From: a bacterium
GTDB taxonomy: Bacteria > JAAXHH01
Direction of reading: 5' to 3'
Length of the DNA stretch: 64,000 bases
NCBI GenBank assembly: GCA_965240335.1
Contig: CBDEKM010000011.1
Location: 129,693 to 193,692 of the forward strand
Part shown: positions 41,519 through 52,081 of the stretch, piece after piece
How positions within the stretch are numbered: position 1 is the first letter of the stretch
How the letters are laid out: every line of letters starts with the position of its first letter
Made by a program: the position numbers and the translations under genes
Notes under the pieces: generated by a model
Told to the model about the DNA's origin: nothing
What the model saw: the letters and a program-made list of their open reading frames with translations, nothing else
Databases searched by the model: none

Positions 41519-44500
41519 ATGTTTGATCCAAAAAAAAGAGCAAACATAAGCGGCGTTATTGAACGATGGCAGCAAAACCTCCTTGATCTAACCCGCAGGA
41601 ACAGACTACTGTTTTTCAAACCAAGTAAAACGGTTGTCCGATTGCTCGAAACCGGGCCAGATCGTCTTATTGAGAGGCTATCCGCCCGTAAAGGACTAAG
41701 CTTCGACTATGCCGAGCGCAGGTCACAACCCGATAGTCTCTCCATAATCGGAACAGAAAGTGACCAACAAGATGAAGAATCTGATATAACGATCATATCC
41801 GGTGACCTTACTGTCGACTGTGCACCTCTTGAACTACAGAAGCGTCTGCGCGGGCTTCAGCGAAAGGACACCGAGTGGGACCAGGAACAAGGCATCAAAG
41901 TGTTGCATCTGGCATTGGGTTTTATCAAATGGATTGATGAAGATGGATTTCATGGCAAAGCACCATTACTACTCCTACCAGCGACACTCCGTCGTCGTTC
42001 GCCGAAGGATCCTTTCCACCTTCATCGGGATTCCGACGAACCAGAAGTAAATCGTACATTGACCTTTCGTATGTCTCAATTGGGTATAGAACTGCCTGAG
42101 TTGGGCGATTTGAGTGTTAGTAGTTATCTAGAGTACATGGAAAACGCTGTCGAGAAACGGAAGGAGTGGAGTGTCGACAGTGATATCTTCCTGAGCACTT
42201 TTGCCTACAACAAACTGGCAATTTGGCAAGACCTTGAGCATCTAAGCAGAAATGGTGTTAAACATCCTCTTGTTCTGAATATGGCCTCGCAAGTGCAGCA
42301 GGACAATCCTGAATCCAATAGTGGTTCAGGTACGCCAAGTGCGTTTCCTCCTGCTGACCAGTTAAAGGGCGGTAAACTAGACGACTTAATTGGCCTTAGG
42401 GATCAGATTACTGTTATCAATGCAGATTACAGCCAGCTCGAAGCTATTCAATCATCTAGGAGAGGTCAGGACCTAGTAATCCACGGACCGCCGGGTACGG
42501 GCAAAAGCCAGACGATTACAAATATCATATCCGCTTTAATTGCAGATGGAAAGAAGGTCCTTTTTGTTAGTGAAAAGAGATCTGCTCTTGATGTCGTTAA
42601 GAGAAACCTCGAAAGTTGTAATCTGGGAGTCCTATGTCTTGACCTACACTCGCAATATGGTCGTAAGGCTGAAGTTTATAAGCAAATAAAAACGTCATTG
42701 TCCGTTGACCATCGTACTCGACCGATAAGAGCGGGGCGCATTGATGAACTAAATGCCTATCGAAATCAACTGAACCAATATGTTCGTGCGCTTCATGAAA
42801 CTAGAAAACCGTTCGGTCGGAGTGTATTTCAAATTGCAGGAATATATGCTTCGGTTCAGCACCTGCCTGCTGTCGAATGTAATTCACTTTCTTGGATTCC
42901 CGATCTAAATGAAGCGCGATACATCAACATTTCTCAGATGTCGGATCGAATTGGTAGTAAGAAAAAGCAATTCACCACTCATGAAACAAACCCATGGCGA
43001 CCTTTGAAAGCTACCTCGTACTATTTGGGTCTAGGAGACGAGATCCTGCGTAACCTCGAGCAAGTAAGGGTCGAGTCGACTCGTTTGCGCGAGGCAGGTA
43101 TCGGCGTGGCACGAAAATTTGGATTAAAGGAACCTCAGAGGATTATTGATTCCGACAATCTACGTCAACTTTGTGATCATTTCACTAAAGCACCTGGAGT
43201 GTTACGATCGTGGCTCAACCCGATTTGTATAGACAACTATATTAGGGAGACCCAGTTTGTCAGGTCGCAGAGTCGAGAACTGCAGGAACTTGAACAAGCA
43301 ACGAATGAACGGTTCGGTGACAGGCGTACATGGCCGGAATTTGATGAACTTTATTCGAAACTTATGGAAGTCAGAAGGCCTGAAATCTCCAATACGATAG
43401 GGATTTTTCTTGGATCCAAATGGAAGGACGAGATTCCACTTGATCTCGACTGGAAAACGAAAATTCTCGACGACCTGCACAATGTGTTTCTCAAATTGAA
43501 TGATGATATTGACGAAGTAAAGTCTCACACTGGTGGTTACCCGGCTGACAATTGGATAAACCTGTCGGGCATGTGCAGTGTAGGTAAAGAAATAGTTGAA
43601 TTGTGCCCAGTTCCGATGTCTTGGGTTTTTGAGAGTGATCAGATTGCACACAAGATTGGAAAAATCAGAGACCTTTCGACAGAGGTTACCAACCGAAAAC
43701 ATAAATTGGCAGAGGTTTTTATCGATTCATTCTTGGGTGCAGTAGATCCTACACTGTCTGTACGTTACCGAACCAACTACCAGGATGTTTTTAAGATCTT
43801 TCGTCCTCAGTATTGGAGAGATAGACGACATTTACGAGGGTATATGAAATCCCCCCAAAAAATGTCCGTGAGCGAATCTCTAACTTGGATTAACGAAGCA
43901 TTAGAAACGAAGGAAGTGTTGGCACGTTGGAATACTGAGGCAGATACAGCAGAAGCATTGTTGGGTCGCAGGTTCAACGGATTGGACACAGATTGGCGCC
44001 GCACTGAATCAGCGCTCCAGAACGTCATTAACATGGTTTCGGATTGGCCCTGTGGACTATCAGAGTTATCTGAACTCCTAACGAATTCTGACCGAATGCA
44101 TTCGCTCAGATTAACAATAGGTAGATTGGATAAGAATCTCAGGTTGATTGAAGACCATTTAAGTTCTCTTGGACGGGAGTTTCCTGACTCAATATCTCCT
44201 GTGCAAATGGTCGACACGTCTGCGACTGCGGTTCATGCCTTGAAAGATGTTGCATCTGTTCTAGAGTCTATGAGTTTAGACCAACAAACGCGAACGATCG
44301 AATTCGTAGATCTTCAGTCACATGTATATAGAGCGCTCCATCTTACACGAATTGAGAAGATATTTGAAACTAAAACTACACAATTGTCAGAAATGTTAGG
44401 TCAGACGTTTCGAGCCAAAAAGACGAACTGGCAGGAGTTAGAGAATAAACTTTCCTGGGCGAAAAAAACACTTGGTTATTTGAGTGAAAATGTGCCTTCA

Positions 44501-47155
44501 GAGTTTGCCGAAGAATGTGAAAGTCCAAAGCCAGTAAAGTACTATGAAGAATTGGCTGATATGTTAAGTACGAGTCTGACCGAAGTCGTTTCAGTGCACT
44601 TTGACGCTACGAATTCTAAATGGAAAGAATGGAAGGATGCTCCATTTAGAGAGCTCGATGGATGGATTGACTACCTTGCACAGAATTCGAACGAAGTCGC
44701 AGATTGGATCGAATATCAGACGATCAGTAGTCAAGTTGAGGATGTATTTGGTCCGGGTACAATATCACGGATTCGAGAACTCACTGAAGATGCTTCTTTG
44801 ATCCCTGGCATATTACGAAAAGTTGTAGCGGAAAATTGGCTTAATTCAGTGCAAATGTCCGATCCATTTTTAAAAAAGTTTTCGGCTTCAAACCATGAAA
44901 CGGTTTGGAATCAATTCCGAGAACTTGACAAACAACTGCCTGCCGCAATCAGGGAGGAAGTTCGTCGAAAATGTTTCGAACGGTATCCCGTTGCAGGTCA
45001 GGGAAACCAGTTTCGAGGACAGATAGGAATACTCAACAGAGAGACTAGTAAGAAACGACGTCAGATGCCAGTACGGCAATTGCTTGAACAAGTACCTACG
45101 TTGATCCACACTTTAAAACCGTGTTTTCTGATGAGTCCTTTGGCGGTAAGTCAGTTCCTGCCAATAATGCCGGGGACTTTTGATGTTGTGATATTCGACG
45201 AAGCATCCCAGGTTTTTCCTGAGGACGCAATACCTTCAATTTTCAGAAGCAATCAGTGTATAGTGGTCGGTGACCGTAAACAGCTTCCGCCTACTAGTTT
45301 CTTCCGTAGGACAGAAAGTGATGACGAAGATGAAGATCATATAGATGATGAGGATTTTCTAGCTGGTATGGAAAGTATTCTTGACGCAATGGTTGGTTTG
45401 GTAGGCCGTGGTCGTGTAGCAGAACAATATCTCAGAATTCATTACCGATCGAGAAATGAGTATCTTATACAATTTTCCAACCACTGGTTCTATTCGGAGC
45501 GACCTCTGCTGGTATTTCCAGGCCCTCAAGTTTCAAGTATAACTAAAGTATTAACAACTTTATATGTAAAGAACGGCGTTTACACGCCTACGCAACGGAT
45601 CAATCACAATGAAGCTGAGCAGGTTGTGGACGTTGTTATGGAATTAATGGAAAAACTAGGCAGCAGCGAAAGCATTGGTGTTGTAGCGATGTCCCGTACC
45701 CAGTCCGATTACATTCAGCATAGAGTTGACATGCGCCGCATGACGTTGCGGCATTTGGATAGTTGTTTCGACGAAGAACTTCGGGAGCCGTTCTTTGTAA
45801 AGAACCTGGAAAACGTTCAAGGTGATGAACGAGATCATATAGTATTGGGAATTGGCTATGGACCATTGCAGGAAGGGGGACGAACACCGAACAGATTTGG
45901 TGCTTTAAACCTTGTAGGGGCGGGTCGACGGCTGAACGTAGCAATTAGTCGCGCAAGAAAAACGATGACCGTTGTCCATTCCGTAAAGGACTCAGATATC
46001 ACGTCGGATTCCGAAGGTGCGCGCCTACTAAAATCCTATCTGCAATATGCAGCCAATCCGAAGGATTTCTTTGCAAAAGAAAGCAGAATCGCTGCGGATG
46101 GAGAACCTGAATCCCCATTTGAAGAATCCGTTATCGCTGCGCTAAAGGAGATAGGATATAGTGTCCATCCCCAGGTAGGTGTCGCTGGATATCGAGTCGA
46201 CATAGGTGTACTTTCAAAAGATGGGGATCGTTACATCCTTGGAATAGAGTGTGACGGATTTACATATCACTCATCGCCTGCTTCTCGAGACCGAGATTGG
46301 TTGAGGCAATCGATTCTTGAAGGACTTGGTTGGAAAATCCACCGTGTATGGTCTACTGCATGGGTTCAGAATCCCAAAGGCGAACTCATGAACATTGAGA
46401 AGGCCATTGGTGAAGCTCGTAGTGCTCAATCCTTAAAAGACACTACGTACAATACGACACAGACTAGCCCTCTTAAGAAAGACAACGATCCAAAGACAAT
46501 TCAAACCTCCCATCCCAGCAACGCACTTGTCGATTCTGTTCCAGTAGCTTCAAAGCAATACGTCACCCCAAGCAATTTTCAGCCTTACAAAATTGCAGAT
46601 CTTTCCGAAATTTATGTCAACATTGAATATGACCTTGCAGAAACCAATATAGCCATACTTCGACGCCTGATTTCAGAAATCGTTTCAGTTGAAATGCCCA
46701 TCCGCTCGGATTGCATCGTGAGAAGCGTGCGTGATCGATGGAATCTAAGACGTGCAGGAAACAGGATTCGCGTTAGGGTTATTGAGGCTATAAACTCTAC
46801 TGTCAAAGACGGACTGTTGATTTGGGACCCGTCAACAAAGACTGGACCTGTTCAAAAGCGCTTCGTGATTTCCCCGAATAGTTCGATTGTTCCCCGAAAA
46901 CCAGTTCCAGGCCAACAGCCAAGATCGATCGATGAAGTATCAAAAACGGAGATAGCTGAAGGTATTCTTGACGTGGTTAGAGTTCTACACGGTGGATCAC
47001 GCAGCGATCTGATTTCCCAAACGGCCAAGGGATTCGGATATGACTATGTAGGTTCAAAAATCAGCGAAAGAATTGGCGAAGTGCTTGATAGTCAAATCGT
47101 TGATGGAGTTCTAAGGTACATGAATGATGTCATCGTAAGTGACTTAAGCGAATAA
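41519..47155 (+). CDS. Giant DUF4011 / SF1 (Upf1-like) helicase / Vsr-like (DUF559/MTES_1575) endonuclease / DUF3320 protein; architecture matches the single-gene Hhe anti-phage defence protein as recalled
   Basis: 1878 aa with Walker A VIHGPPGTGKSQTITNI, DEASQ and VGDRKQLPPT, and motifs V/VI (VQGDERDHIVLG, GRRLNVAISRARK). Vsr-like fold …YRVDIGVLSKDGDRYILGIECDGFTYHSS…GWKIHRVWSTAW…, and a C-terminal DUF3320-like region. GC about 42% against about 62% for the host. Confidence 0.8.
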   Translation: MFDPKKRANISGVIERWQQNLLDLTRRNRLLFFKPSKTVVRLLETGPDRLIERLSARKGLSFDYAERRSQPDSLSIIGTESDQQDEESDITIISGDLTVDCAPLELQKRLRGLQRKDTEWDQEQGIKVLHLALGFIKWIDEDGFHGKAPLLLLPATLRRRSPKDPFHLHRDSDEPEVNRTLTFRMSQLGIELPELGDLSVSSYLEYMENAVEKRKEWSVDSDIFLSTFAYNKLAIWQDLEHLSRNGVKHPLVLNMASQVQQDNPESNSGSGTPSAFPPADQLKGGKLDDLIGLRDQITVINADYSQLEAIQSSRRGQDLVIHGPPGTGKSQTITNIISALIADGKKVLFVSEKRSALDVVKRNLESCNLGVLCLDLHSQYGRKAEVYKQIKTSLSVDHRTRPIRAGRIDELNAYRNQLNQYVRALHETRKPFGRSVFQIAGIYASVQHLPAVECNSLSWIPDLNEARYINISQMSDRIGSKKKQFTTHETNPWRPLKATSYYLGLGDEILRNLEQVRVESTRLREAGIGVARKFGLKEPQRIIDSDNLRQLCDHFTKAPGVLRSWLNPICIDNYIRETQFVRSQSRELQELEQATNERFGDRRTWPEFDELYSKLMEVRRPEISNTIGIFLGSKWKDEIPLDLDWKTKILDDLHNVFLKLNDDIDEVKSHTGGYPADNWINLSGMCSVGKEIVELCPVPMSWVFESDQIAHKIGKIRDLSTEVTNRKHKLAEVFIDSFLGAVDPTLSVRYRTNYQDVFKIFRPQYWRDRRHLRGYMKSPQKMSVSESLTWINEALETKEVLARWNTEADTAEALLGRRFNGLDTDWRRTESALQNVINMVSDWPCGLSELSELLTNSDRMHSLRLTIGRLDKNLRLIEDHLSSLGREFPDSISPVQMVDTSATAVHALKDVASVLESMSLDQQTRTIEFVDLQSHVYRALHLTRIEKIFETKTTQLSEMLGQTFRAKKTNWQELENKLSWAKKTLGYLSENVPSEFAEECESPKPVKYYEELADMLSTSLTEVVSVHFDATNSKWKEWKDAPFRELDGWIDYLAQNSNEVADWIEYQTISSQVEDVFGPGTISRIRELTEDASLIPGILRKVVAENWLNSVQMSDPFLKKFSASNHETVWNQFRELDKQLPAAIREEVRRKCFERYPVAGQGNQFRGQIGILNRETSKKRRQMPVRQLLEQVPTLIHTLKPCFLMSPLAVSQFLPIMPGTFDVVIFDEASQVFPEDAIPSIFRSNQCIVVGDRKQLPPTSFFRRTESDDEDEDHIDDEDFLAGMESILDAMVGLVGRGRVAEQYLRIHYRSRNEYLIQFSNHWFYSERPLLVFPGPQVSSITKVLTTLYVKNGVYTPTQRINHNEAEQVVDVVMELMEKLGSSESIGVVAMSRTQSDYIQHRVDMRRMTLRHLDSCFDEELREPFFVKNLENVQGDERDHIVLGIGYGPLQEGGRTPNRFGALNLVGAGRRLNVAISRARKTMTVVHSVKDSDITSDSEGARLLKSYLQYAANPKDFFAKESRIAADGEPESPFEESVIAALKEIGYSVHPQVGVAGYRVDIGVLSKDGDRYILGIECDGFTYHSSPASRDRDWLRQSILEGLGWKIHRVWSTAWVQNPKGELMNIEKAIGEARSAQSLKDTTYNTTQTSPLKKDNDPKTIQTSHPSNALVDSVPVASKQYVTPSNFQPYKIADLSEIYVNIEYDLAETNIAILRRLISEIVSVEMPIRSDCIVRSVRDRWNLRRAGNRIRVRVIEAINSTVKDGLLIWDPSTKTGPVQKRFVISPNSSIVPRKPVPGQQPRSIDEVSKTEIAEGILDVVRVLHGGSRSDLISQTAKGFGYDYVGSKISERIGEVLDSQIVDGVLRYMNDVIVSDLSE

Positions 47156-47322
47156 GACTGTTGGTGGGTATGCTGCAGCAACGTAGGCACTACGCTGTAT
47201 GAAAACGCAGACAACCGTACCTCTTCTACTTGAACCGATCAGAAAGTCGGGAGAAGGTGAAACAGACGGTTTTGGTAGGAAGTCCTCGAAACAGGTCAAC
47301 GGAATTTCACAAGGGGATAGTA

Positions 47323-47826
47323 ATGCGTTACTACGATTCACATCGGCATTCGTCCGACGACGAAAACTCTATAAATGACTATGATGATTTCAATATCGAT
47401 GATGTTGATGACTCATCCGATGACATTTACATGCGTGAGCCGGACGACTTCGATGAGCATAAAACTGACGATGACAGTTTGTTTCCAAGTAGTACCCAAA
47501 TCCAAAAACCTGAACCCTGGTCAAAAACAGTAAACGATTTCGTAACAGTCAAAGATGAGTTAAAAAGACTGGATACAGACCGTCTAAGGATTAAGGCCTC
47601 GTACAACACAATCAGAGAGCGGATTCTAAGGTTACTTTCAAAACACGACACAGATACATACATAGTTGACGGTTTTCTCGTTTTTAAGGAGATACATAAA
47701 GGACCTCCAAGATATAAGCAAGCGATGCTCGACATTTGTAATGGAGAGACGGAGGAGTATAGTTCATTTGTTGAAAAACACAAATCTCCTGAGTATTACA
47801 TCGTAAATCTCAAAAGACTGTCCTGA
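47323..47826 (+). CDS. Highly acidic hypothetical protein (D/E/S-rich N-terminal about 70 aa, basic helical C-terminus)
   Basis: AAGGGGA Shine-Dalgarno before the ATG at 47323. Sequence YYDSHRHSSDDENSINDYDDFNIDDVDDSSDDIY…. Same low GC as the upstream helicase-nuclease gene. Confidence 0.5.
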   Translation: MRYYDSHRHSSDDENSINDYDDFNIDDVDDSSDDIYMREPDDFDEHKTDDDSLFPSSTQIQKPEPWSKTVNDFVTVKDELKRLDTDRLRIKASYNTIRERILRLLSKHDTDTYIVDGFLVFKEIHKGPPRYKQAMLDICNGETEEYSSFVEKHKSPEYYIVNLKRLS

Positions 47827-48393
47827 AAACTCTGCTCTTACTGGTTCTATTTTGGTGTGTTTCCAGGCATGTTAGGCGTGTATTGGTACGGTACTTGCGG
47901 TCGAAATACCTGTCTCTAAAAATCAAATCGACTGTCATGTAACCCTCTCGAGTTTCCTACAAAACTGTGCTTTTTGGCGGTTACGAGGATATCACTATAC
48001 TTCACATATCTTAACATTGAAAACCGAATCAGTTTCATTTTTGATGAACATTATGTTCTTTAAAAACCTGCAATCAACCCATCCTTTCGCCCCGGTAATA
48101 CTCTTCACCCTTCCTGCTGTTAGAGCTTCCGGCCAAACCCAAGCTTTCACCGTCGTGTGTTTCGGCGGCGCATATTTCCGTGCCTCCGAGAGCGGTTGCC
48201 ACGTACGAGTCGTAGCAGAAACGAATATCTAACTAAGTTGGAAGATTGCGGCGACGGGCGGGCTCGGATTCGCGGGCAGGTGAACGTGGAATCGTGTACT
48301 GGAGCGTGGTTGACCTGTAGATTCCAAATCTAGATCTGGATTGCGACGAAGGAAAACACTCCCTGACCTGACTGGCCACGTGAGGAGAAACGC

Positions 48394-49308
48394 ATGTCCC
48401 TAGCAATGACCGCGCAACAAGCTAAAGACTTTGACGAGAAGGGGTTTGTCGTTCTCGAGGACTTCTTTGACCAGTCCGAGATCAATCGGCTTCTTTCGGC
48501 GATCGACGAGGTGGGGGAACAAATTCGGGCAGAGAAGGGTCTGGGCCCCGACGACCCCTTCGCCGTGCGTAATGCCCTGTCGCATCACGAGGCCTTTCTC
48601 GATCTCATAGATCACCCGCGCATGTTGCCCCTGGTGGTGGACGCGATCGGCTGGAACATCCAGGTCCGCACCACGCACCTGGACTATCGGCCGCCGTATC
48701 CCGAGGACCTGAAAGCCCGCGTCGAGGGTGTCGGCAAGGGCGAAGACCACAAGGCGGGTTACCGCAATGTCGGGTGGCATCCGGACCTGGCGGGCGACAC
48801 GGGATTCCTGGCCCCTTCACTCGATGGACGCCTTCCGTTCATGGAGATCAAGGTCTTCTACGTGCTCTACGACATGACCGAATCCGATTGTGGCAATCTA
48901 TGGTTGGCACCGGGCAGTCACCGGTGGAATACTGCCGAAATGCTGGAGAAGGGAAAAGGTGTCGATCCGGCGGAAGCGCTAGAGCTCAAGCTGCCCATCG
49001 GATCGGCCGTGTTGTGGCGCACCGCGGTATGGCACTGCGTCGGCCCCAACCTTTCGCGAAAGACGCGGAAGATCATGCACGTGGGATACCACTACCGCTG
49101 GCTTCGACCGACCGAATACATCCAGCAGGACCCCGGACTCATCGAAAGAAGTTCGCCGGTCCGGCGCCAGTTGCTGGGTGCCCTGGACCCTGAAGGGGAT
49201 CCGATGGGACCGGACCCCGATTTCCACCCCTCGTCCCGGCACTGGCTGACGGACAACCCGGACGATGTACCGCTGCGCGAATGGGCGCTGGCGAGGGAAT
49301 CGGGTTGA
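48394..49308 (+). CDS. Phytanoyl-CoA dioxygenase (PhyH) family protein
   Basis: 304 aa beginning MSLAMTAQQAKDFDEKGFVVLEDFF…, a typical PhyH N-terminus. Third paralog. Confidence 0.7.
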   Translation: MSLAMTAQQAKDFDEKGFVVLEDFFDQSEINRLLSAIDEVGEQIRAEKGLGPDDPFAVRNALSHHEAFLDLIDHPRMLPLVVDAIGWNIQVRTTHLDYRPPYPEDLKARVEGVGKGEDHKAGYRNVGWHPDLAGDTGFLAPSLDGRLPFMEIKVFYVLYDMTESDCGNLWLAPGSHRWNTAEMLEKGKGVDPAEALELKLPIGSAVLWRTAVWHCVGPNLSRKTRKIMHVGYHYRWLRPTEYIQQDPGLIERSSPVRRQLLGALDPEGDPMGPDPDFHPSSRHWLTDNPDDVPLREWALARESG

Positions 49309-49373
49309 CTTCAAGGAGCCTGACCGCGTCGATCAGCTCTCCTCTCTCCTCTCTCCACTCTCCACTCTGCACG

Positions 49374-50834
49374 TTAATACGCGCCCTTAATCCGCCCAAA
49401 CCACCCGCGCAACGGGTCGCCTAATTCCTCCATGTAGCGATCCATCCGTCCAATCAGGTCCTGGCGTACGGCTTCATAGGCTGGTTCGCCGTACACGTTG
49501 TCGAGCTGATAGGGGTCGCGCTGTAAGTCGTACAGCTCTCCGGGATCGGCCGAATTGAAGGTAAACTGATGCGTTCGGGTGCGGACCATGCGCTGGTTGG
49601 CGACCGTAAAATGGCGGTCGAATACGCAGTAGACTTCTTCGCGGCCGTTCGCGAACGGGCGTCCCTCGATGGCTGGAAGGAAGGACTGGCCGTCGAGGTC
49701 GCTGGGAATTTCGAGACCCGCGGCGTCGAGTGACGAGAGCATGATTTCGTGCAAGTAGACGAACTCGTCGCAGGCCGAACCGGGAGCCTGGCAATCGGGA
49801 TGAGCGATGACGAGTGGAATGCGATAGATCTCGTCGTACATGAACTCGCCCTTCTCGATCAGCTTGTGCGCGCCGAGGCAGTCTCCGTGATCGGCGGTAT
49901 AGACGATGATGGTGTCCTCGAGCACGCCCAGTTTGTCAAGGTGAGCCACCACCCGTCCCACCATGTCGTCGAGCAGCGTGCAATGCCCGAAGTAGCGCGC
50001 GGCGATTTCCTGGAATCCCTCCCAACCATAGTCGCCCAAACCCCACAATTTTTCGATTAACTGCTGGCGATAGGGCTTGTTCTCAAAGGTTTCGGCATAC
50101 CCCGGGTGTTCGGGAATGGACTTTGGATCGTACATGGAAAAGTACGGTTCGGGAACCAGCGAAGGGCTGTGCGGCCCCCAGAAATTGGCCCACAGGAAGA
50201 AGGGCTGCTCACCGGTGGACACTTCGTCGAGCACGCGGATGGCTTCGTCGGCAACGAAATACTCGATGCACGACTCGACCGGACCCTCGTGCAAGGCGAA
50301 CATCTCTTGCCTCTGGTTCGAGGGATTGGTACCGACAAAACGGTGTGAAACCTTGGGCGGCGGGTCGTAGCCGTGCGCTTTGAGATAGTCTGCATAGGGA
50401 TTGTGGCCTTTTGGCTTAGCGCCGAACTGCAGGCCGGGCAGCAGTTGGGCACCTGGAAAGGCATAGCCCATGAAGTCCTGGCCGGTGAACCCGTAGCCCG
50501 ATGGACCGGTCTGCTCATCCACGTGCCACTTGCCGGCGTACCCGCATCGATAGCCGGCGTCGTCCAGGTAGTGATTCACCCCGCGGACACCCTCGCGCAG
50601 ACACAGCCCGTTGGCCGTAACCCCGTGTTTGTGCGGATAGAGTCCCGTGTAAAAAGAGGCTCGGGCCGGAGAGCAGATCGCGGTCGGCGTGAACGCCGAG
50701 TCAAAACGAACGCCACGCGCGGCCAGCGCGTCGATGTGAGGCGTCCGGCACACCTCGTTCAGCCCGTAGCAACTTACCGTGTCTAAGCGCTGCTGATCGG
50801 ACATCAGTACGACGATATTGGGTTGCTTAGCCAA
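49374..50834 (-). CDS. Sulfatase (Cys-type formylglycine-dependent arylsulfatase family)
   Basis: 486 aa with the CSPARASFYTG C-x-P-x-R formylglycine motif. TTG start with a GAGGAG Shine-Dalgarno. Confidence 0.85.
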   Translation of the reverse strand: MAKQPNIVVLMSDQQRLDTVSCYGLNEVCRTPHIDALAARGVRFDSAFTPTAICSPARASFYTGLYPHKHGVTANGLCLREGVRGVNHYLDDAGYRCGYAGKWHVDEQTGPSGYGFTGQDFMGYAFPGAQLLPGLQFGAKPKGHNPYADYLKAHGYDPPPKVSHRFVGTNPSNQRQEMFALHEGPVESCIEYFVADEAIRVLDEVSTGEQPFFLWANFWGPHSPSLVPEPYFSMYDPKSIPEHPGYAETFENKPYRQQLIEKLWGLGDYGWEGFQEIAARYFGHCTLLDDMVGRVVAHLDKLGVLEDTIIVYTADHGDCLGAHKLIEKGEFMYDEIYRIPLVIAHPDCQAPGSACDEFVYLHEIMLSSLDAAGLEIPSDLDGQSFLPAIEGRPFANGREEVYCVFDRHFTVANQRMVRTRTHQFTFNSADPGELYDLQRDPYQLDNVYGEPAYEAVRQDLIGRMDRYMEELGDPLRGWFGRIKGAY

Positions 50835-51010
50835 TGGGCGCTCCTCTCAACAGAAGCATTCAGCACTCCTCTCTCCGCCTATCCAGCCAAGTCATTTCTG
50901 AAGGAACAGTTTGCGTAGATACGGAATGAACTTAAACTTGTTGTCCTGGTCAAGATGTCAAACTCATATTGCTATGATTTAAACTAAGCAAATAAGGACC
51001 GCCTCCCATC

Positions 51011-52081
51011 ATGGATGACTTTTCTGCTTCTTCTGGTTCCTCAGGTTCTTCCGAATCGTCTGATTCTTCCGAATCGCCTGGTTATTCCGCTTCGTCGATT
51101 GCTTCATATCTTGCGGATCATTACGGCCTTGCCCAACCCGTTGAAGTACTCGAATTGGAGAGCGGGGCCAACAGGAACTACCTCGTTACATCGCGGAATC
51201 AGAAGTATGTCTACAGGCTCTACACTGACCATGATTTCTACATCCGCAATCCTGACGCATATCGATACGAACTCGACCTATTGGCATACCTCCGGCAATA
51301 CGGTCTTCCGGTCCCCGATCCGGTCATAAGGCGGGACGGAAAACGGCTGAGCATAACAGACACTTCAACTGGTTCGCGGAACGGTGACCGATGCAGCGCG
51401 CTATTTCACTTTTTCGAGGGCGAGGAGCACATTGCCTGGCATCCCGAAGTAAACGAGCAGGCGGTGACTTCTTTTGGTGCTTCCGTGGCCGCAATCCACC
51501 AACAGGCGGACCAGTTTTCAAGACCACATTGCCGTCATCATTTTGATCTGAAATACCTGCTGGACGGACCGCTGCAGACGCTGGAATCCATCCTCAAAGA
51601 GCGGCGGGGTGAGGACCTGGCGTTTTTCAAGGAGTATGCCGATTTCATGCGGCGGCAGATTACCGGCCTTGGCAAGGGTGCGGAGATTTACGGACTTATT
51701 CACGCCGATCTGCACGTCGGGAACATCCTGTACCATCCCGACAATGGCTTCTGTATCCTGGATTTCGACCAGTGCGCGCTCGGCTGGCGGGCGTACGACG
51801 TGGCGACCTTCAAGTACAATATCATCGAGACGGTACCCGATCATTTGACGGACGAGATATGGCGCTGTTTCCTGGAAGGATATAACCAGGTTCGTCCTTT
51901 AACGCAGGCTGAACTGGACTGCCTGCCGGTGTTCGCGAATACGTGGACACTGTGGGATATCGGCGAGACGCTGGTGCTGGCTACGCAGTGGGGTGGCCAT
52001 CGCCCGGACCTGATAGAAGGAGATCTGTCCCAGGATGAGTACCTTGATGAGGCGGTTGAGACGTTGAGGCGGATGATCTAA
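51011..52081 (+). CDS. Phosphotransferase enzyme family protein (APH / homoserine kinase type II-like) with Ser-rich N-terminal low-complexity extension
   Basis: 356 aa with Brenner motif HADLHVGNIL and DFD. The N-terminal about 30 aa are SSGSSGSSESSDSSES. Confidence 0.7.
   Translation: MDDFSASSGSSGSSESSDSSESPGYSASSIASYLADHYGLAQPVEVLELESGANRNYLVTSRNQKYVYRLYTDHDFYIRNPDAYRYELDLLAYLRQYGLPVPDPVIRRDGKRLSITDTSTGSRNGDRCSALFHFFEGEEHIAWHPEVNEQAVTSFGASVAAIHQQADQFSRPHCRHHFDLKYLLDGPLQTLESILKERRGEDLAFFKEYADFMRRQITGLGKGAEIYGLIHADLHVGNILYHPDNGFCILDFDQCALGWRAYDVATFKYNIIETVPDHLTDEIWRCFLEGYNQVRPLTQAELDCLPVFANTWTLWDIGETLVLATQWGGHRPDLIEGDLSQDEYLDEAVETLRRMI

Noticed and set aside
48017-48232. 71-aa ORF in the AT-rich spacer upstream of the third PhyH gene
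   Set aside because: No ribosome-binding site, and hydrophobic/odd composition. Likely a spurious ORF in an intergenic low-GC spacer.
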